From: an uncultured delta proteobacterium
Lineage (GTDB): Bacteria; Desulfobacterota; Syntrophobacteria; Syntrophobacterales; Syntrophobacteraceae
Reading direction: 5' to 3'
Assembly (NCBI GenBank): GCA_963802715.1
Contig: CAWDJT010000041.1
Location: 5,540-69,539 of the forward strand
Length of the DNA stretch: 64,000 nucleotides
Shown: one piece after another, positions 30,301 to 36,897 of the stretch
Numbering within the stretch: position 1 is the stretch's first letter
How the letters are laid out: every line of letters begins with the position of its first letter
Made by a program: the position numbers and the translations under genes
The notes under the pieces: model-generated
Databases searched by the model: none
The model's input: only the letters and a program-made list of their open reading frames with translations
What the model was told of the DNA's origin: nothing

Positions 30301-31335
30301 CTACTCAGTGCAATCTCCGCAAAGGACGTGATTCGTGAGACATAGACACGATACGCATAGCCGCAGGTGGTTGCATTGCCTGCGCTGCGATTGGCTATCG
30401 CCGGCCGGCAGGACGAAGAATCGTTGGTACGTTCCGCGCTCCTGGTAACGACATAGAGGTTGATCCAGGAAATACGACTGGAATCGAAGGAATCCATACT
30501 GACAGTCGGTGCCGGCGGTGCACCCCGCCCTCCCATAACGAGTACCGTTCATGTTCCGTGCCCATTGCCAAAGTAGTCTGACGTCAACACCGGCCTGGTC
30601 GCGTTGTCTCCGTAGATAACCTGGAGGTCCACCACCCCTTCCGCCATGGGTTGAGCACCACTGGTATCCCTTGCCAATCTCAGCAATGAACGGGGTGGGG
30701 TGCTGTGGGTCGCTGGAATCCTCATAGTTAACGAGATCATAGCGAACGGCCGGGGTTACGTATTTCTCGACGGAAAAACCGGCGTTTTGGAGGTTTCCAG
30801 AATCATCCGTTTCCCTGACCCTTGTGGCGTTGCTATCGGAAGCCCACACCAAAACGGGCAAACTTGCCTGAGTGCCTGAGTTCCTTGGTGGAACCATCGC
30901 AGTTGATGTCCAAAATGTTGTAGGCGGTGGTGGAGTTGCTGCACGGGTTGTCTGTGTTGTCGGGAATATTATTCTGATACCGACGACAGCCACCGCATTG
31001 CATGGGGCCGCTGTCAATCAGCACCCGCATCTGCTTGGCGTTGTTGGCGTCCATCAAGCTGATATCGCTGACATAAACCTGATCGGGGCCATTCGCCCCG
31101 CCATCGACGAAATAGAATGCCATTTGCGGTTTGACCCCCCAGCCCGCCAGGGTCACATCATCCCGGACAAATTCGACGGCCTTCTGAATGTCGGTTTCAG
31201 CGGTCTTGGTTGCATGGCTGGTCCGATAACTCTTGTATTGGCCCATAAAAATCATGGTGCTGAGTGCCATGATGATGGCGGTCACCCCAACCGCAACCAT
31301 GAGCTCGACCAACGTCATCCCAGAGCTCTTGGCAT
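30301..31335 (-). pseudogene. pilW: PilW-like minor pilin, frame-disrupted as assembled
   Basis: The ATG at 31335 reads MPRALG then hits a stop. Adding one G to the GGG run gives MPRALG|MTLVELMVAVGV (a class III prepilin signal with Glu at +5). The body continues in ORFs 30833-31318, 30301-31017 and 30138-30536. The 3' end is uncertain (stops in two frames near 30301). Confidence 0.65.
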
Positions 31336-31493
31336 TGTCTATAACTTAAGCGCCGCACCGCTGCCCCCTTCAATTCCTCATAGCCGTATCAAGCCACGTT
31401 TGACTGTATCGCTGAAGGACCCGTTCACCAAGAACACCCTTGTTTCCTTCGGCACCAATCGCTGCCCAGCCCCCTCATATGAAAGCCCCTTGC

Positions 31494-31566
31494 GTCATAC
31501 CGGCGAAAGCCGGTATCCATGTCGCTTTTTCTGGATTCTCCCGCCTGGGGCGGCGGGAGAATGACG
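31494..31566 (+). repeat. Palindromic intergenic repeat, family B
   Basis: GTCATACCGGCGAAAGCCGGTATCCA-tgtcgcttttt-CTGGATTCTCCCGCCTGGGGCGGCGGGAGAATGACG in the pilV-pilW spacer. Confidence 0.7.
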
Positions 31567-31646
31567 ATCAGGTGACTCGACCGACCTTCCTGTTTCGTTG
31601 TCGCCCCGCAACACCATGGCGGTTTGCGGAAAAGCTTGGTCAATGG

Positions 31647-32089
31647 TCAATGTAGATGGTGGTCAGCTGGACGCTCTGGGTCCTCTTGTTGGCAGCGCCG
31701 CCACCTCCCGATCATGCTGATACGTTCTCTCCAGCTCACGGTTGCTGTCACCCGCTTCTCCCACGATGAGGGCCAGTTATATTGTATCTGACAGGCACCG
31801 CCATCCATGCGTTCTTGATCAAAATCAGCTGAAAATACGTGCTGGGGCAGGCCATGGTAACGGTGGCATTGCTGCCCGGGTAGGTGGCATTGTGATTGCG
31901 CTGCCATTCGAGCGCGGCCGTGGCCACGCGCAAGGCTTCAGCCCGGGTCTGATCGCTGCTCTGCATCCGCAGGGAGGCGAAATGCATTCCCCACAGAATG
32001 ACGAACCCGATGGCCATGGCCGCGAGGGACACCAGGACTTCAACCAGGGTGAAACCCCTCTCAGTATTTCCATGTCTCCGGCGTGACAA
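31647..32089 (-). CDS. pilV: PilV-like minor pilin; frame-disrupted as assembled
   Basis: The prepilin signal ...TERG|FTLVEVLVSLAAMAIG (TTG start at 32089) is in frame. An alternative start MEILRG(G)|FTLVEV is possible if the G4 run is really G5. The C-terminus continues in ORF 31647-31907 (VTATVSW). Confidence 0.7.
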
Positions 32090-32116
32090 CTTGAATCCTC
32101 CCCATACTCGATATGG

Positions 32117-32590
32117 TTACAGTTGCCTATTTCGGTAGGCTTGTTCCTTGGGGTCAACCGAACGGTGCAGTATGCCCTGGCAATGCCAGAGGCGGTCTTG
32201 GGCATGCCACGGTAATCGAAAGTAGATGCCGTCACACGTATTGGGGGTGACTATGTCTACTCCAGGGTACTCCTGGGCCAGATCGATCTGGTCGAAAGAC
32301 GTACGAGCGGTTGTGGCGTTATCATCATGATCGAAAGTAATGGCCAAGGTCTCGTTCCCGGCTCCAAGGCTTATGTAGTACCTCACACTCTGTTCCATCG
32401 CTTTCATCTGGGCCAGCTTGAACAGCTGGGCAACACGGTTGAGCGCCCCCTGACAGCGGTACCGGGCGAGCATCCCGGTATAGCCCGCGTAAGTAAAGCC
32501 GATCAATATCCCGGCAATGGCGATCACAACCATGAGCTCGACCAGGGTAAATCCCCGTTCACCGCGAAGGGGATGAAACGGTTGTTGCAT
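32117..32590 (-). CDS. fimT: FimT/GspH-family minor pilin
   Basis: The ATG at 32590 gives MQQPFHPLRGERG|FTLVELMVVIAIAGIL, then ...RCQGALNRVAQLFKLAQMKAM... typical of GspH/FimT. A C-terminal frame change near 32220 is possible (IYFDYRGMP in the alternate frame). Confidence 0.7.
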   Translation of the reverse strand: MQQPFHPLRGERGFTLVELMVVIAIAGILIGFTYAGYTGMLARYRCQGALNRVAQLFKLAQMKAMEQSVRYYISLGAGNETLAITFDHDDNATTARTSFDQIDLAQEYPGVDIVTPNTCDGIYFRLPWHAQDRLWHCQGILHRSVDPKEQAYRNRQL

Positions 32591-33390
32591 TGGCTGCACT
32601 CCCTGCAGATTGCTGGACTTGTCTGACAGTAATCTCATAACTGAAAACCACGCTTGCCCCACCGGGATCGGTTGCCACGACCTCCACCTGAAAACCGCCC
32701 GTGGCCCCCTCCGGAACGGTCCAGCGCAATTCCTTGCTGCCCGCATCCAGCGTCATGCCCGGGGGACCTCGCTGCAGTTTCACAGTGACCACGTCTCCAT
32801 CGGGATCAGTAGCTTCCAGATGGGCAAGGTATTCGCCATTGGGGGATAGATGCTCCCGCACCTTCTTGACCACCGGTGGTGCGTTGTCCACCGTGACGGT
32901 TGCACGCCTGGCCCGGGTTTCTTCGCGAGAATTCCCGACAAAGACAGCCACCTCGATTTGATCCCCGCGCTTGGTCTGGTAGGTCAAGGCATTGCTTTCG
33001 GATTCCTGGACGGTTTCATCATTGACCTTCCAGCGGTAGCGTAAAGAAACTTCGTCCGATTTGGGTTTATCAAAGGAGATCTTCAATTCGATGGGCTCAC
33101 CGGCAACCGGGCGTTCAGGTGAAAAATCCAGCGACTTGATGTCCATGGCTGTCACTGCACTCGGTCCGGCCGATCGTGGCCCGGTTGCACCTACGGAGGG
33201 AAGTGTGGCAACGGGGACGGTGCCGGATGGAGCCTCCGTTTTCTCCGCGGTTTCGCTTTGCGAATCGGGCTCTCTGAGCTGCTTGGGTGGCAACGTTGGG
33301 TTTTCGAGCAGGCTCCTCGGGACGATCAGAACCGCAAGATGCCAGGAAAGCGATCAGAAATAGAACACCCAGCAACGACAGAGCCTTCAT
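32559..33390 (-). CDS. Lipoprotein with Ig-like/cadherin-like repeats, embedded in the minor-pilin operon; frame-disrupted as assembled
   Basis: MKALSLLGVLFLIAFLASC is a lipobox (LASC). After a shift near 33300 the protein continues through a Pro/Ser-rich linker into two beta-sandwich-like modules (PVAGEPIELKISF...; EATDPDGDVVTVKLQRGPPGMTLDAGSKELRWTVPEG). The stop overlaps the fimT start by 32 nt. Confidence 0.6.
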
Positions 33391-33546
33391 CGGGCCCCAA
33401 CTTCCATGCTCCCCACGAGTTTTGCCAGCCCTCATCGGACCTCCCTCATCATCGTACCCCAGCCATCTTCTTCCGAAGTCTCAAGAGTCCCGCACATCGT
33501 GCCTCTCTCGCCCACCGATTGATTCCCTTAATCAAGAAAGCTTGAT

Positions 33547-33663
33547 GCAAAGTCCTTTTCACCCTCGATAGCTCAGGGCGAACGGCCATTTGCGTCGTAA
33601 CGTGCTGTATTTCCGTTGATGGTCAGGTATTGAACCATGAACGGCAGAAATCCTGCAAGAGGC
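33547..33663 (-). repeat. ~120-bp palindromic intergenic repeat, family C
   Basis: The reverse complement aligns with 43958-44084 (...TTGCAgGAtTTCtGCCGTTCATGGTTCaATACCTgACCAtcAACGGAAA...CCGTTCGCCCTGAGctATCGAgGG...). Lies between the pilin gene and the lipoprotein gene. Confidence 0.75.
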
Positions 33664-33706
33664 TCGAGAATGCGCAATAGATATGCCTGGAGAGAAATCG
33701 AGCCTT

Positions 33707-34189
33707 CTAGTCAAACAGCGTCTTGAACAAGGAGAACCCAAGCGCATCGGTGCTTACAACGATGGGCTGGTTGATTGTGGCGGTCATTTCCAATACGTCC
33801 GTGGCCCTATAAGTGTAAACTCGCTTCTCCGCTCTAATTCGGAAATTCTGTGTATCAGCGGCTATTACGCTTATGACATAGCCCTTGCCGGTTCGGTAGG
33901 TGGTGTCTACACATGCCACGCAATCTCTCAAGCAAAGGGTATTCACGTTGCAGGAGGGAATGCAGCCGATTTTCGAGGCATAGTAATGCGAATTCAACGT
34001 GCTACTGTAATTGTTTTCATAGAAGCTTTCCATGTCCATCTTGGCATTCATCAAAACGGTCACGGCGTCGCCCTGATTCATCCGGTTAATGTAGTTGATG
34101 TACGCCGGAATCGCCACGGTTGCCAGGATGGCCACAATACCCGTTACCACCATCAGTTCTACCAGGGAAAAACCGGATTGGCGCGACAT
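33707..34189 (-). CDS. pilA: Type IV pilin (candidate major pilin)
   Basis: MSRQSG|FSLVELMVVTGIVAILATVAIPAYINYINR has a 6-aa leader, Gly at -1 and Glu at +5. 160 aa, intact. RBS GGGGGA. First gene of the cluster, with a sigma54-like promoter upstream. Confidence 0.8.
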   Translation of the reverse strand: MSRQSGFSLVELMVVTGIVAILATVAIPAYINYINRMNQGDAVTVLMNAKMDMESFYENNYSSTLNSHYYASKIGCIPSCNVNTLCLRDCVACVDTTYRTGKGYVISVIAADTQNFRIRAEKRVYTYRATDVLEMTATINQPIVVSTDALGFSLFKTLFD

Positions 34190-34380
34190 CTTATCCCCCA
34201 TTCGCGACTGGTTATTGGATGGATCGGCTACCGCTGAAGTACGCGGGATCTTTGCCGCGGCACCAAAGCGCCCCGCCCCCATGCCCATTCCACAGCCGAC
34301 TGTGTCACAGGTGGTACAACAACCTGCTTCTGGCGATGCTATCGGCAGACCTGAGCATCCCCTTGACCGTCAATTCTGGA

Positions 34381-34396
34381 TGCAAGATTCTTGCCC
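34381..34396 (-). promoter_or_regulatory. Candidate sigma54 (-24/-12) promoter for the pilin gene
   Basis: The minus strand reads GGGCAAGAATCTTGCA against the consensus TGGCAC-N5-TTGCA. The GG and GC dinucleotides have the correct spacing, with 2 mismatches at weaker positions. About 190 nt upstream of the pilin ATG. Confidence 0.4.
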
Positions 34397-34807
34397 TGTT
34401 GGGGCTTTTCAGCAGATCTCGGTCTAATCCGTACCTGAAATGAAACAAATCTATCATATGACCGCATAACGGTAAACGTATCTTTGCCAAGCCAATTCAA
34501 AGGGATATTACTCATTTTTGATCCCATTGTATATCCGAAAAATACTGTTCAGTGAGGCAAGTCGCTGGTTGCTGTGTGATTTGAAACTTGTGTCCTGGCA
34601 TCAATTTCCATTTTGTAATTCTAAGACAACTTCCGTATTCAGTTCCCTCGGGTAACACATTCCTCTGGTACAGGATCGCAATGGGGCCGTGATAGTCAAG
34701 TTACGGTCCGTGGCCGGTGGATGGCGTGAAACGAGTGACGACACCGGAGCATCCGCTTACCAAGCCCAGAGCGTGGTCAAGTAATGCATGACGGCAGAAG
34801 TCATCAT

Positions 34808-34853
34808 CCAGTTCCATCCCCTTGATGGGGGAGGCCCAGAAACTGGTAACGGA
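34808..34853 (+). repeat. Short palindromic intergenic repeat, family D
   Basis: CCAGTTCCATCCCCTTGATGGGGGAGGCCCAGAAACTGGTAACGGA, related to 19193-19250. Confidence 0.55.
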
Positions 34854-35247
34854 CTTTCGCTGGTATGTACCAGCCAATTCAATCAAGAGGTAGCTTGGGC
34901 AATGACAGGAGCGGGTTCATTACCCTAAAGCGGCTGACTGCGGTTGTTGCTGTGGCCTTCCCATGAGAAACATATCACCCTAGATATCAACAGCTTCGCT
35001 ATCTGACAAGATTTGTCAAGGAATATGACAATTTCTGTAGCCGCACACCCTTTACGCATCGCTGGTGCCATGATTTTTTTCGTTCGTCCTAATCATTTTG
35101 GAAAAGTTTTTTCGTGTACAAAACAGAAGTTGTTGTATAATGGCTCAGTTATTTGGAAGAACAGCATTACTGCGGTAACCGTCATCGTTTACCATGTGAT
35201 CATATAGTAACATTAGGGCCTTAGCGACAGAATAGAGAGGTAAGCCT

Positions 35248-35957
35248 ATGATGCTGTTGATTCAAAGGGAGAATAGCTGGATAGGAAGCCTGGCGCTGTC
35301 ATTCTGCCTTGTTTTATTGATGGCTTTGCCGATGTTTTGGGGCGCAGGAAGGCAACCAGACTGTGCAGACAGCACCCGGCACCACTACCAGCCAGGCACC
35401 GGGGGATGCATCAGGTGCAACCCCAACAGCGGTAGCGGCAGAAGGCGAAGGGAGGCCACAACCACGGCCGACGCGGCCAGCCAAGCGGAAAAGCAATCCA
35501 AGGCCAAGCGTGATAAGGTGCTAGTGGCCCTCATAACAAGGAGTTCGCGTATGCTCCCGAGAATTTGGTTGATCCGTTTATCTCCTTCATTGTGGCTCAG
35601 ACGGTCGCCGCCGATCGAAAGCGTAGAGACGGGGATGAGATGAAGTGGCACCTAAAGCCGCAATTGCCTTTAACACCGCTGCAGAAGATGGCGGTTGGAC
35701 AGATAGAGCGCGGATTCAAAGCGGTGATCTGGGGTGACATGGGCATGCGCGCCATGATCGAAGATGGTTCCGGCAAGGGCTATATTGTTGGGGTGGGCAC
35801 CCCGCTGGGTGGCAATAACGGCCTTATCACCGACATCCAGAGCGATCGCTTGGTGATTCAGCAGGAAGTCTGGGACGCCAATTTCAAGCAGATGGTTCCT
35901 CGGGTGGTCGAAATCAAGCTGACCAAAGCCGGTGAAAAGGCCCCCGACTCTAAGTGA
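35248..35957 (+). pseudogene. PilP-like pilus assembly protein, frame-disrupted as assembled
   Basis: Signal-like N-terminus MMLLIQRENSWIGSLALSFCLVLLMALP. After frame changes in a low-complexity region comes FAYAPENLVDPF (the PilP RDPF-type motif), then ORF 35565-35957 with ...AMIEDGSGKGYIVGVGTPLGGNNGLITDIQSDRLVIQQEV...VVEIKL, the PilP beta-sandwich pattern. Confidence 0.5.
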
Positions 35958-36068
35958 GGTCAGAACCAGCGGATCGGGAGCAATGAGAACCGGCACCTCG
36001 TGGGACACGGACGGGTTGCCGTCTTCCTTAAGCGTTTTGGAGCTTGCGTCCGATTGTTGAAGGTTGCT

Positions 36069-36570
36069 TTATTTTGGCGGTGGTGTTGGTTTCACCAGCA
36101 GCACCAGCAAGATCCCCGCGCCAACGGTGATCGCACTGTCGGCGACATTAAACGCCGGCCAGTGGATAGCTTCCCAGATGGAAATAGAGGAAGTCGATCA
36201 CTTCCCCATAGCGAAGGCGATCCACCAGATTCCCCAGAGCCCCTCCCAGAATGAGCACCAGTCCCCGCCTCGTCCAGACATCGTGTTTTGGTGTCCGGTT
36301 CAGTAGGTAGATCATTACCAGCAAGGCCACGATGGTAACCACCACGAAGAAAGCCTGCCGCAAACCGGTTTGGGCTCCCGCCAAAAGGCTGAAAGCGGCG
36401 CCCGTGTTTCTGACGTGTACCAAGTCAAAAAATCCGGGAATGATGACTTTGGATGCGTGCAGCGGCAGGTAATCCCCAAGCAGGCTCTTGGTCACCTGGT
36501 CACTGAGCACAACCAGCGCCGCCAGGTATGTCAAAGGATTGCGAATCAGGTCTGCGAAGCATGTCCACAC
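36069..36570 (-). CDS. lspA: Lipoprotein signal peptidase II; frame-disrupted as assembled
   Basis: ORF 36148-36570 (DQVTKSL...FDLVHVRNTGAAFSL...GGALGNLVDRLRYGEVIDFL). The C-terminus WPAFNVADSAITVGAGILLVLL... is in another frame after a shift near 36160, with its stop at 36069. Confidence 0.85.
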
Positions 36571-36689
36571 GCAACCCGCGAGATGGCTGAGCGGTCATGG
36601 GTCTCCATGTTCTCGATTGAGGTTGCTGCACCTCCCTAATCTCCACCAGCTTGATGCGGGAGGCCGGTGGCAATGCTGTTGACTTAAGG

Positions 36690-36860
36690 GCAGGACGCCC
36701 TCCGGTTCCCCTCCCCTCGGTGGGAGGGCAATGCTGCTGAATCGAGAGCAATCCTCACCCGTTCGGGGTGAGGGGGCTTTCAGAGCGGATCTTCCTACGG
36801 CCCCAAACCTTCTCCCTGAGGGAGAGGGGACCGTAATTCAGCAGCATTGCGGTGGGAGGG
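36690..36860 (+). repeat. Composite palindromic element in the ileS-lspA spacer
   Basis: 14-bp inverted repeat CAATGCTGCTGAAT (36729-36742) / ATTCAGCAGCATTG (36835-36848), each flanked by GGTGGGAGGG. It encloses two hairpins, CCTCACCCgttcGGGGTGAGGG and CTCCCTgaGGGAGAGG. Confidence 0.7.
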
Positions 36861-36897
36861 TTAGCGTAGGATGAGCGTCCGAGCGGCGGCGGCCGTT

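Noticed and set aside
35013-35207. The 64-aa ORF in the AT-rich pilin/PilP-like spacer as a small protein gene.
   Set aside because: No RBS, a hydrophobic low-information sequence, and a location in a probable promoter/UTR region.
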